From Deltaproteobacteria bacterium (lineage in GTDB: Bacteria; Desulfobacterota; Desulfarculia; Adiutricales; JAFDHD01): DNA of 64,000 bases. Of this stretch, positions 30,700 through 41,498 are shown one piece after another; within the stretch, counting starts at the first letter, position 1, and every line of letters starts with the position of its first letter. The DNA lies in assembly GCA_019308995.1 (NCBI GenBank), contig JAFDHD010000001.1, positions 64,241-128,240 of the forward strand, in the 5' to 3' direction. The translations under genes were made by a program, and so were the position numbers. The notes beneath the pieces were generated by a model that saw only the letters and a program-made list of their open reading frames with translations, was not told the origin of the DNA and searched no databases.

Positions 30700-32027
30700 T
30701 GCACGAACTCCCAGAACAACCGCATCCGCCTGAGCTTCTCCTTAAAAGTTCCTTCCCTGAAGCGGGCCAGGACGTAAGCCGGACGGAGATAAAAAGAAAG
30801 AAAGGCTCGTCGAGCCTGTCGGGATAAAAGATCAAGATCGTGCTCGCGGCTCAGGCAGGCAGGAAAAGGATCATCCTCACCGGCCAGCCTGTTCAGTTCG
30901 GTCCCGGGATAGGGTGAGGCAATATGGAAAGAGGCAAAGGTGGGATTCAGCTCACGGGCAAGTCTCATCGTAGCCCTGCGGTCCGCCTCTGTTTCGCCTG
31001 GCAGACCAAAAAGAAAGAAGCAGGCCGTAGCCATGCCCAGCCGGTGACAGTGGTCCAGGCTGGTTCTGATCTGATTTAAAGAGATCTTCTTGTTCGTTTC
31101 GTCAAGCAGGCGGGGTGAACCCGTTTCCACCCCGAAATGAATCAGGGCGCAACCTGCTTCCTTCATCAGGGCCAGTAGTTCAGGGTCCACCGCATCGGCC
31201 CTGGTCTGGCAGCACCAGCGAAAGTCCAGATTCATCCTGATTAATTCCTGGCAAAGATTGATCGTATCCTCTTGTTTCAGACCGAACTCCAGGTCAATAA
31301 AATAGACAGATTCGGCCCTGTACCGGCCCACGACCTCTTCCACTTCGGCCAGAACCCGCGGCCAGGCCTTTGTCCTTAACCCGGAACCATACATGGCCTT
31401 CAGGCAGAAAATGCAGGAAAAGGGACAGCCCCTGGAAGTTTCGAGCAGAGCGAGGCGGCGGCCCAGCAGCTCATAGCCGTAATACTTAAAATCAATTAGA
31501 TCATAGGCAGGCCGGGGAAGCAGGTCAAGACTAATCTGGCCCTGATCCGGCTCCTGAATGATCCTTCCGGAGTCCTGGTAGGACAGCCTGGCAATGCCTC
31601 GCGGATTTCCGCCGGCCTCGGCCAGTTCAACTATCGCAGCTTCGGGTTCTCCCCGAATCAGGGCCGCGGCCCGGGTCTCTCTGAGCATTAGTTCCGGCCG
31701 CACCGTACCATGAGCCCCGGCCAGGACCAGTTTTTCCCGCGGCAGCCGCCGCGCCAGGTTTACCAGCCCCTCCCAGTTAAGGTCCGGGCACTGCCAGCGG
31801 TCTAATGGACTGGACTCAAGCACCACCAGATCAGCGCTCCGCGCGGCGCGCCTTATTTCTTCGAACCCGGTTCCAGTGGCCCGGGCGTCTATCAAGGCAA
31901 CCTCGTGCCCGGCCTGCCGGAGCATGGAGGCGGCGATGAGTAAATCGAGCGGAGGCCAGGCCCGGTTGTAGCGCCGGGCCCTGGAACGAGCCGCCTTGAA
32001 ATCAGGGTTGATCAGGAGTACTTTCAT
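30696..32027 (-). CDS. B12-binding-domain radical SAM protein
   Basis: 443 aa. The N-terminal Rossmann-like region (MKVLLINP...LLIAASMLRQAGHEVALID) is typical of class B radical SAM enzymes, and the CX3CX2C cluster motif is GCPFSCIFC. Confidence 0.8.
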   Translation of the reverse strand: MKVLLINPDFKAARSRARRYNRAWPPLDLLIAASMLRQAGHEVALIDARATGTGFEEIRRAARSADLVVLESSPLDRWQCPDLNWEGLVNLARRLPREKLVLAGAHGTVRPELMLRETRAAALIRGEPEAAIVELAEAGGNPRGIARLSYQDSGRIIQEPDQGQISLDLLPRPAYDLIDFKYYGYELLGRRLALLETSRGCPFSCIFCLKAMYGSGLRTKAWPRVLAEVEEVVGRYRAESVYFIDLEFGLKQEDTINLCQELIRMNLDFRWCCQTRADAVDPELLALMKEAGCALIHFGVETGSPRLLDETNKKISLNQIRTSLDHCHRLGMATACFFLFGLPGETEADRRATMRLARELNPTFASFHIASPYPGTELNRLAGEDDPFPACLSREHDLDLLSRQARRAFLSFYLRPAYVLARFREGTFKEKLRRMRLFWEFVQ

Positions 32028-35000
32028 GGCCGGGCTTTCTGATTAAGACTTTCCATAACCTGCCGCGAATACCTGCCCCACCGGGTTTCCGAATAGTCGT
32101 CTATGACCTTCTGGAGCGCCTTCCGGCCCTCCTCTATGGCGCCGAGATGGAGGTTGACCAGTCCGAGGTGATAATACGCTTCAGCAGTATATTCACCCGG
32201 CGCATAAGCTGCCAGTAAATCTTGAAACGCAATCAGGGCCTCAGGCCATTCTTCCGCCTTGAATAAAGAGATGGCGCTGAAATAGGCGGCACGCTCCTTT
32301 AAGTCTTGGCGGTCTGCTTTTTCCCGCGTCCGATCAAAAAGGATTCGCGCTTCCCTGTAGCGTCCTTGATCAAATAGATGCATGGCCTTCTGAAAAAGCT
32401 CGTTCGGTCTGTATATTTCGGATAAGCGGCGGCCGGATTCCACGGCCCACACCGAATCCGGGAATTTATGCAGCACCTCTCTGAAGACGCGAACGGCTTG
32501 CTCAGACCGACCCAGGCGCAGGTGGCAGAGTCCGATGTGGTAGAAGGCCTCAGGTAAAACCCGGCTCTCCGGGTATTCAGCCGGGAAGCGGGTCCAGGCA
32601 GCCAGGGCCTCTTCATAATGCTTCTCGTTAAAATAAGAAAGGGCCAGATGGTGCAGGGTCTGTCCCACGATAGGCGAAAGTGGAAACCGCTCGAGCGCTT
32701 CGTTGAAAACGGTTCGAGCCTTTTTATAATTCTGAGCCTTAAAAAATTTGAGGCCGCGGTTGTGATAGATGGTCGGATCCCGGTAATGTACGGCCAGGAT
32801 AAAGAGCATGAGGCCCGTCAAAGCCAGGCCGATCACGATTCCCAGGATAAGGCCGGCCCGGGGCCGTATCATGGCCGCCAGCCCGGCCAGGGGCCGGTCA
32901 AGGGGCGTTGAGAAATCCGGCTCCAATGCCCGGCCGCGCTTGGAAAAAAGACGGCTCAAGGCATAGAAGACGCCCAGGATGCTCAGCCCCAAACCCAGGT
33001 ATTCAGGCCAGGTGCGGTGAAAATAAAGCCGAACCCGGGACTCTGTCGGAAAGACAAGCATAAAGGCCGGGCTGGCCCGCCAGACCCGGTCTGCGCCTTC
33101 AACACGCCAGTTGGGGTGGTAAGAAACTTTAATCCAGAGCGGGCGGCCGGGCACTGCGCCTTGGATGATGATTTCATTATTTTTAATGGTCTCCCTGAGT
33201 TCGTCCGAAGAGGCAAGAGGGCGCCGGGGAAGGTTGCGTACCTGGTCCTTGAACTCGCCCGGGCCGATAACAGCGTCAAAATACTTTTCCTCCGCCGCGC
33301 TGACCTTTGCCGCAAATACCAGAGGCACTTCAAGGTCGCTCCACCTGAACCAGGTGAAGGCGTCGGCTTTGGGATCTTCTGATCGCGCCAGGACCGGTCT
33401 GAATCGGGGCTGAATGACATACCGGTTCTGGTTCTGAGCCAACCCGAAAATGGCAAAAGGAGGATATTCTTTGTCTAGCTCAAGACCAGGGGCCCGCAGG
33501 GCCTCGGCCCTGGCTTTTTCGGTCACGGTTATATACTGACTCACATTAAAGAGCTCCAAATGCCTTTGCCCTCTGGCCAGATCGAAGCGGCTGTAATTAT
33601 AATTTGGGAGCGGCGAGGAGTAGATTTTAGAGACCTCGGACTGGATGTAGAACACAAAGGGAGACGAGAGGCTGGACTGCATATACAGCCCCTCCAGGGT
33701 TGCCCGGCCAGCAAAAAGAGGCAGGGATTCAAAAGCCCGGAGCGTGCCGACCGCTCTGGTTTCAGCGGCATGTTCATAGACTACCCGCGGATCGGCAAAG
33801 GTGCCTTGCAGGTAGTCATTCAACTCTTTGAAGGGCGCCCAGAGCCGCTTGTTTTCGTAACCGGTATAATTCCAATCCATCCACTGACCGATAAAATGCA
33901 CCTGATGGGCGATCCAGACCATGGCGCCAATGGTTAAGGCCAGGGCGGCCAGGGATTTCAGACGAAAACGGCCCAGCAGGCGTCCCGCGCCCACTGCTCC
34001 AAGAAGAACGAGCAAGACCTGCCCAAAAGGCACAAAGCGGATGTCTACCATCCCGATCTTGGGGGCGATGAGATAAAAAATGCAGACGATGAAGATTAGA
34101 TAGACAAAAAAAAGGACCCGGCTTTTTTCGGCCGGTGATTGGCGAACAAGCGGCAGGCCGAGAGCCGCTCCAACCAAGGCCAGCCCAATAAACGGCCACA
34201 GGATGCGCGGGAAAACCTGCAAAACACCGTCTATGATCCAGATAAAATTATAAGGCACGGTGTAAGGTAAAAAGAGGAGTAAAGGCACGATCCAGAAACC
34301 CATGAAGCAGAAGGCCAGCAGATTAACCTTGAGGATATAGACCAGCCGGAAAAGCCAGTTGCGGGTCGTAATCAGGAAAAAACTCACCCCGGCTACACAA
34401 AAAAGCAGAGGGTAACCGTGGGCCAGACCGATCAAAGCCAGGAGGAGGGCGTTGGAAACAACGTGCCGGCCGGATTCGATGCCGCGATAGAAGCGGCCGA
34501 GATAGATCAGGGCCAGGGTCAGCCCCATACCGTAAGCAAATTCGCCGGCCAGCGTTGAAGGAATGTTGCCTCCCCACATGGAATTGGCCTCCATGAAAAG
34601 AAAAGACAGCACAAAAACCATGCCCAGTTCAGGTTCAGGAGTCTTAAAACCCATCTGTTTAAGACCAAGGTAAGCCCCGACCGGAAGAGTGAAAACGCCA
34701 GCAAGGCTGATGATCCTGAAGGCTATGGTCATGGGCATGACCAGGCTCAGCAGGCTCATCACTAGAAACGGCAGGGGGAAATAAAACTGGAACAAGGGAA
34801 AACCGGCATAGTTGCCCGGCAGCCAGCCCATGATACGCCACTGAGGCAGAAGATGCTCCTTGAGAAAAACCGCGCTCAAATAGTGGCTGGCCGTGTCGCC
34901 CCCGGTGACAAGGGCGTCTTTCAGGATGAGTTCGAGTTTAAGGTGGCTGAAAAGAAAGAGATAGGCAAGTATGAACAGACTGACTTTTGCCAGCCGGTTC

Positions 35001-35038
35001 AAGTTTTTTTCCCTGGGGTAAAGAGAGATCAAGCCCAA
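32024..35038 (-). CDS. Large polytopic membrane protein with a periplasmic domain and C-terminal TPR repeats (possible GT-C-type transferase)
   Basis: 1004 aa. By eye it has about 11-13 TM helices in the first ~380 aa, then a ~300-aa soluble region, then 2 TM helices, then ~260 aa of TPR-like repeats (AEAYYHLGL, EAFYHIGLCHLRLGR). It has GGDTASHY in the first loop and QWMDWNYTGY right after the last N-terminal TM. Confidence 0.6.
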   Translation of the reverse strand: MGLISLYPREKNLNRLAKVSLFILAYLFLFSHLKLELILKDALVTGGDTASHYLSAVFLKEHLLPQWRIMGWLPGNYAGFPLFQFYFPLPFLVMSLLSLVMPMTIAFRIISLAGVFTLPVGAYLGLKQMGFKTPEPELGMVFVLSFLFMEANSMWGGNIPSTLAGEFAYGMGLTLALIYLGRFYRGIESGRHVVSNALLLALIGLAHGYPLLFCVAGVSFFLITTRNWLFRLVYILKVNLLAFCFMGFWIVPLLLFLPYTVPYNFIWIIDGVLQVFPRILWPFIGLALVGAALGLPLVRQSPAEKSRVLFFVYLIFIVCIFYLIAPKIGMVDIRFVPFGQVLLVLLGAVGAGRLLGRFRLKSLAALALTIGAMVWIAHQVHFIGQWMDWNYTGYENKRLWAPFKELNDYLQGTFADPRVVYEHAAETRAVGTLRAFESLPLFAGRATLEGLYMQSSLSSPFVFYIQSEVSKIYSSPLPNYNYSRFDLARGQRHLELFNVSQYITVTEKARAEALRAPGLELDKEYPPFAIFGLAQNQNRYVIQPRFRPVLARSEDPKADAFTWFRWSDLEVPLVFAAKVSAAEEKYFDAVIGPGEFKDQVRNLPRRPLASSDELRETIKNNEIIIQGAVPGRPLWIKVSYHPNWRVEGADRVWRASPAFMLVFPTESRVRLYFHRTWPEYLGLGLSILGVFYALSRLFSKRGRALEPDFSTPLDRPLAGLAAMIRPRAGLILGIVIGLALTGLMLFILAVHYRDPTIYHNRGLKFFKAQNYKKARTVFNEALERFPLSPIVGQTLHHLALSYFNEKHYEEALAAWTRFPAEYPESRVLPEAFYHIGLCHLRLGRSEQAVRVFREVLHKFPDSVWAVESGRRLSEIYRPNELFQKAMHLFDQGRYREARILFDRTREKADRQDLKERAAYFSAISLFKAEEWPEALIAFQDLLAAYAPGEYTAEAYYHLGLVNLHLGAIEEGRKALQKVIDDYSETRWGRYSRQVMESLNQKARP

Positions 35039-35043
35039 GTCTT

Positions 35044-35847
35044 TTACGCCTTCTTGTCAGGACGAAGCAATTGAAACAAGACCACCACAAGACCCAGGGC
35101 CAATCCGAAGATAATCAGGGCCACGGAGTGCTTTTTAAAAAAATTTTGATCCTGAGCCACCCGGACCTTGCTTTCGGCCACATTGCTGTAATGCCGTCCG
35201 TCGGCCTCGTATTCAAGGAAGGATATGACAGGGTATACTGAGCCTTCAAGGGCTGAGAAGTTTTTCAGTTTAAAGCTCACCTTCCCCTTCCCCTGGGCTT
35301 TGATGCGCAGACCTTGCTCCGCCGGGTTCACCTTTAACTCTTGCGGTACGATCAAGCGGATTCGTACTTCCCGCTCGACCCGGTCCATATTGAGCACCTC
35401 GAGGCGCAGCCTGGTCTTGCCAGTCATAACGACTTCAGTCGGCCGCACAAAGACCTGCATATTGACGCCTTCTTGATAAACAAAGGACGCATGAGACAAA
35501 CTGGAGAAAAGATAGCCGTTGAGGTCGTGAAAATCCACCCGAACCTCAACCGGATAGGAGCCAGGTAGGGACAGCTGCGGATGCAGGGTCAAAAAAGCGG
35601 TAAAAGACTCGCCCGGCTTGAGCGCGGGTTTTATCCCGGATGAACGGACCGTATTCTGAAAAATGGCATGGATCTGGACGTTCGCCGCGGCTTCATCTCC
35701 CATATTGGTCGTGGTGACATTTATTCTGACTCCGTCCTGCATTACCGTACAGGTAGCGTAAGTCTGTATGGAAATGAAACCGGCTTCAGCGGAGAAGGCC
35801 CATGAAATAACAGCGAGATAAAGAATGGAAAATAGTAATCTTTTCAT
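35044..35847 (-). CDS. Exported beta-rich protein with a C-terminal membrane anchor
   Basis: 267 aa with a signal peptide (MKRLLFSILYLAVISWAFSAEA) and a C-terminal TM followed by a basic tail (ALIIFGLALGLVVVLFQLLRPDKKA). The middle looks like two Ig/CARDB-like beta domains, which is inference. It is the first gene of the operon. Confidence 0.55.
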   Translation of the reverse strand: MKRLLFSILYLAVISWAFSAEAGFISIQTYATCTVMQDGVRINVTTTNMGDEAAANVQIHAIFQNTVRSSGIKPALKPGESFTAFLTLHPQLSLPGSYPVEVRVDFHDLNGYLFSSLSHASFVYQEGVNMQVFVRPTEVVMTGKTRLRLEVLNMDRVEREVRIRLIVPQELKVNPAEQGLRIKAQGKGKVSFKLKNFSALEGSVYPVISFLEYEADGRHYSNVAESKVRVAQDQNFFKKHSVALIIFGLALGLVVVLFQLLRPDKKA

Positions 35848-35906
35848 GAAAGCACGCTCTTTATAGAGATGGCCTAATCTTTACCACATGACCCCCCAAC
35901 ATCAAA

Positions 35907-35947
35907 GAGCCTTTTTTAAATTCTACGGGGAACTTTCAAAAAGGCTC
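35907..35947. other. 10-bp perfect hairpin in the divergent region upstream of the 35847 operon
   Basis: gagccttttt (35908-35917) pairs with aaaaaggctc (35938-35947), with a 20-nt loop. Confidence 0.5.
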
Positions 35948-36015
35948 CACCCTAAATAACCCCTTCAAAAAGCATTTCACAGAAGCGACTGTTTACCTGA
36001 TGCCGGCTCAGCCTT

Positions 36016-36054
36016 GTAGGTCAGGGTGATCCGCAAAGCGGGCCTCCCTGACAA
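36016..36054 (+). repeat. REP-like unit: GTAGG plus hairpin
   Basis: gtaggtcagggtgatccgcaaagcgggcctccctgaca shares both ends with the unit at 121-148. Confidence 0.5.
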
Positions 36055-36126
36055 TATTGACTCACAGCTGCCTTGTGAATCCCAAGCATGAACCTTGACA
36101 TTCCACAGGCTTTTGCGGTAGTCTGA

Positions 36127-37848
<1,722 letters not shown>

Positions 37849-37888
37849 GCCAGGCTCCCTGGTTGAGAGGAATTATAAGGAATAGTCT

Positions 37889-38737
37889 ATGACGAAGATT
37901 ATACATATCGGCGACCTTGCGGTCGGGGGTGATCAGCCGCTGCTGGTGGTGGCCGGACCCTGCGTTCTCGAGGAACCGGAGATGGTGTTGAACCTGGCCC
38001 GCTTCCTGAAGACCGAAACTGAAAAGCTGGGTCTGCCTTATGTCTTTAAGGCCTCATATGACAAGGCCAACCGAACCGATATCCATTCCTTTCGCGGCCC
38101 CGGATTGAAAGAAGGCCTGGCTCTGCTTAAAAAAATTCGGGAAGAGGTCGGGGTCCCGGTCCTGAGCGACGTTCACTCGGTGGCTGAGGCTGAGGCCGCG
38201 GCCGAGGTCCTTGACGTCATTCAGGTCCCGGCCTTCCTGAGTCGTCAGACGGATATCGTTCAGGCAGCGGCCCGGACGGGAAAGGTCGTCAATGTCAAAA
38301 AAGGCCAGTTCCTGGCTCCAATGGATATTCGTTACGTCATTAAGAAGATTACCGCGGCAGACAATGAGAATATCATGATCACCGAACGAGGCACCTCCTT
38401 TGGTTACAACAATCTGGTCGTGGATATGCGTTCGCTGCCCATTATGCGCTCGTTCGGCTATCCGGTTATCTTTGACGCCACTCACAGTGTTCAGCTGCCC
38501 GGGGGCGGCCAGGGTGCTTCCGGGGGTGAAAGACAGTTCGTGGGACCGCTGGCCCGGGCCGCGGTGGCGGCCGGAGTGGACGGGGTCTTTATGGAGGTGC
38601 ATCCTGATCCTGATTGCGCCCTGTGTGACGGCCCCAATTTACTACCTCAAGATCATTACCCGAACCTGCTTCGGCTCCTGAAGGAGATAGATTCGGTAGT
38701 CAAACGCGAATTAAAGGAGACCAGGCGTGAATCCTGA
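37889..38737 (+). CDS. kdsA: 3-deoxy-8-phosphooctulonate (KDO8P) synthase
   Basis: 282 aa with the motifs QVPAFLSRQTD and FDATHSVQLPGG. Confidence 0.9.
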   Translation: MTKIIHIGDLAVGGDQPLLVVAGPCVLEEPEMVLNLARFLKTETEKLGLPYVFKASYDKANRTDIHSFRGPGLKEGLALLKKIREEVGVPVLSDVHSVAEAEAAAEVLDVIQVPAFLSRQTDIVQAAARTGKVVNVKKGQFLAPMDIRYVIKKITAADNENIMITERGTSFGYNNLVVDMRSLPIMRSFGYPVIFDATHSVQLPGGGQGASGGERQFVGPLARAAVAAGVDGVFMEVHPDPDCALCDGPNLLPQDHYPNLLRLLKEIDSVVKRELKETRRES

Positions 38738-39248
38738 CCGGACCCGAATTGAGCCGATCAAGCTGGTTATCTTTGACGTGGATGGGGTCCTGACCGATGG
38801 GCGCATTGTTATTGACAATAACGGCATCGAGAGCAAGTTCTTTGATGTTCGAGATGGCACCGGCATTAAATGGCTCGTACGGGCCGGGCTTCGAGCGGCC
38901 TTTCTGACCGGCCGTGAGAGTCGGGTGGTGGAGTTTCGGGCGGCAGAACTGGGAGTGACCATCATCCGCCAGGGGGCAAAGGACAAGGTCAAGGCCTATG
39001 AGGAGATACTGGCAGAGTTAGGCTTGAGCGACCGGGAGGTAGCTTTTGCCGGGGACGATTTGATTGATTTGCCGGTCCTGCGCCGGGTCGGCCTGGCCAT
39101 AGCCCCGGCCGACGCCAGGCCTGAAGTCAAGGCCGTAGCGCATTATGTCTGCCAGAATGCCGGCGGCCGGGGTGCAGTCCGGGAGATGGCTGAAATGATC
39201 CTGAAGGGTCGAGGACTCTGGGAGGAGGTTGCGGCCAGGTATTTTTAA
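38727..39248 (+). CDS. kdsC: KDO 8-phosphate phosphatase (HAD family)
   Basis: HAD motif I is FDVDGVLTDG. It is 173 aa and sits between kdsA and lptC. Confidence 0.8.
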   Translation: MNPDRTRIEPIKLVIFDVDGVLTDGRIVIDNNGIESKFFDVRDGTGIKWLVRAGLRAAFLTGRESRVVEFRAAELGVTIIRQGAKDKVKAYEEILAELGLSDREVAFAGDDLIDLPVLRRVGLAIAPADARPEVKAVAHYVCQNAGGRGAVREMAEMILKGRGLWEEVAARYF

Positions 39249-39391
39249 TTTGCTTCGGTACGCTTATTGTTTCTTTTCCTGCCTCTGATTGTTGAATATC
39301 GGCATAATTTTTGCTTTACAGGTTTCGACTTCCCTGATATTATTTGATTGAACAGAAAGGATCTCGGTGAATTGACCGCTGGAGAAAGGGT

Positions 39392-39955
39392 GTGCTGCAT
39401 TTACGGAAAGTCAAAATCCTGCTCCTAACCTCCTTGGTAGCCCTAGCCGTGGCGAGTGTGGGCTTGTTCTTCTGGGGGAAACACCTGCACCCTGCTCCCA
39501 CACGGGCGCTCAGCCTGCTGCCGATAAATGTGGACATGCACCTCAAAGGTGTGAATTATACGGAAATGAAAGAAGGGCGTAAGGAGTGGACTCTCAAGGC
39601 CGACACGCTGCGATACTCCAAAGCCGCGCAGCTTCTTCATTTTGATCAGGTTGAGATAGCCCTTCTTCGCGCTTCCCAGGGAGTGATCATTGTGACCGGA
39701 GAAAAGGCCGATTATGATCGAAAGATCAACCTGGTTCGCCTCAGCGGCCGCGTTCTGGTCCATAACCTCGAAGGTTATCGCGTCACAGCAAGGGAGCTGA
39801 TTTATAAAGTGGACACAAACCAGGTGCTCATTCCAGGCCGCTTCAGAATCGTCGGTCCCAAACTTACCCTGGAGGGACGCGGTTTGTCCTTGGATATAGG
39901 TAACCGTCTTTTGCAGATAGGTCAGAAAACCAGGATTTTTTTCAAGACAACCTAG
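39392..39955 (+). CDS. lptC: LPS export system protein LptC
   Basis: 187 aa with a single N-terminal TM and a beta-jellyroll-like remainder. The kdsC-lptC-lptA-lptB synteny supports the call. The GTG start follows GGAGAAAGG. Confidence 0.65.
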   Translation: MLHLRKVKILLLTSLVALAVASVGLFFWGKHLHPAPTRALSLLPINVDMHLKGVNYTEMKEGRKEWTLKADTLRYSKAAQLLHFDQVEIALLRASQGVIIVTGEKADYDRKINLVRLSGRVLVHNLEGYRVTARELIYKVDTNQVLIPGRFRIVGPKLTLEGRGLSLDIGNRLLQIGQKTRIFFKTT

Positions 39956-39971
39956 GAGCTTCATTAAAGAA

Positions 39972-40694
39972 ATGAAGATTTCCATCGTCTTTCTTTTTCT
40001 ACTCTTGTCCCCTTTTTTACTCCTGTCAACTAGCCCGGGCAGGGTCCTGTCTGCAGAGGCGCAAACCCGGAAGGCGAGTGCGGCTTCCATTGAGCAGGAT
40101 GTTTCAAAAGTCAAACCTCCTTCAACTTTGCAGAAAAAAAAGGCGCCCCACGGTTCAATACAAATCGTCACAGACCGCCTTGAAGCCGATGATAAGAAGA
40201 AGGTGGTCCTTTTAACCGGAAACATCACCATTCGCTGGGAGGATTTCGTCCTGACCTGCGATCAGGCACGGGCATACTATAAAGAAGTGAGGGTTAAACC
40301 AAAGGCAAAGGACAAAGGCTCGATTCATAAGGCGTCTTCTGCCAAATCAGATCCCTCCCCTGAAAGTCCATCAGGTAAAGAAACAGAAATCCATCATGAG
40401 ATCATACGGTTAGAGGCTGAAGGGCATGTCAAGGTCACCCTGAAAAACAGGGTCGCCCTTTCTGGAAAAGCGGTTTATGAAGCTAAATCGCGTTTGATTA
40501 TCCTGACCGACTCTCCCCGCGTCTGGCGCGGCAAGGATTTCCTATGCGGCGACCGAATCACGGTTTATCTTGATGAGGACCGGAGCGTCATTGAGAGCGG
40601 ACCAAAGAAAAAGGTCAGCGCCACCTTTTATCAGCCGCCAGAAACAAAGGGACAGGCTCCAGTGAAAAAAAACAGCGGCAAGGTGAACCCGTAA
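39972..40694 (+). CDS. lptA: LPS transport periplasmic protein LptA (OstA-like)
   Basis: It has a signal peptide and an OstA-like repeat pattern ([33 protein letters not shown]). Synteny also supports the call. Confidence 0.7.
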   Translation: MKISIVFLFLLLSPFLLLSTSPGRVLSAEAQTRKASAASIEQDVSKVKPPSTLQKKKAPHGSIQIVTDRLEADDKKKVVLLTGNITIRWEDFVLTCDQARAYYKEVRVKPKAKDKGSIHKASSAKSDPSPESPSGKETEIHHEIIRLEAEGHVKVTLKNRVALSGKAVYEAKSRLIILTDSPRVWRGKDFLCGDRITVYLDEDRSVIESGPKKKVSATFYQPPETKGQAPVKKNSGKVNP

Positions 40695-41473
40695 TGTCTT
40701 CCCTAGCCGTCAAGACGCCTGTTTTACGAGACCTCTCGTCCAAGGCTCCGGAGGTCAGGCTCAGGGCTGAGGAACTGGTCAAGAGCTATGGGCGGAAAAG
40801 AGTAGTGGACCGGATTTCTTTCAAACTCGACCATGGTGAGATTGTGGGACTTTTAGGCCCTAACGGTGCAGGAAAAACAACCACTTTTTACATGACCGTT
40901 GGTTTGATTCAGCCGGATGGAGGCCGCGTTTTTCTTAATGAAACCGACCTGACCCAGGTTCCGATGTACAAACGCGCCCGGCAAGGCATTTCCTATCTCC
41001 CCCAGGAACCGAGCGTCTTTCGAAAATTAACGGTTCAGGATAACATTCTGGCCATCCTGGAGACCTTACGCCTCTCACGGGCCGAACGGCAGCGCCGACT
41101 GGAAGAGCTGCTCGAGGAACTGGGCATTGCGCACCTGGCCAGGACCAAGTCTTACGCCTTATCCGGCGGTGAGCGGCGACGTGTGGAAATAAGCCGAGCC
41201 CTGGCCACCGTACCGTGCTTTATCCTTTTAGATGAGCCTTTCGCCGGTATTGACCCCCTGGCCGTGATTGATATTCAGAACATCATCTTACATCTCAGGA
41301 AGCAGGGCATTGGGATTCTAATCTCGGATCACAATGTCCGGGAAACCTTGGGCGTCTGTGACCGGGCTTATATTCTCAATGATGGGGTCGTCATTGAGGA
41401 AGGTTCGCCAGAGAAGATCGCGGACAGTGAACTGGCCCGTAAGGTTTATCTGGGTGATAATTTCAAGCTTTAA
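40694..41473 (+). CDS. lptB: LPS export ABC transporter ATP-binding protein
   Basis: Walker [10 protein letters not shown], signature LSGGERRR and Walker [10 protein letters not shown]. It lies immediately upstream of rpoN. Confidence 0.9.
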   Translation: MSSLAVKTPVLRDLSSKAPEVRLRAEELVKSYGRKRVVDRISFKLDHGEIVGLLGPNGAGKTTTFYMTVGLIQPDGGRVFLNETDLTQVPMYKRARQGISYLPQEPSVFRKLTVQDNILAILETLRLSRAERQRRLEELLEELGIAHLARTKSYALSGGERRRVEISRALATVPCFILLDEPFAGIDPLAVIDIQNIILHLRKQGIGILISDHNVRETLGVCDRAYILNDGVVIEEGSPEKIADSELARKVYLGDNFKL

Positions 41474-41498
41474 TCTTCAGGTTAATATATAGATATCC

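Noticed and set aside
39443-40231. 262-aa minus-strand ORF antisense to lptC and lptA
   Set aside because: It lies opposite two genes with clear family features and synteny. It spans their intergenic gap, has no recognisable motifs, and its composition is typical of shadow ORFs.
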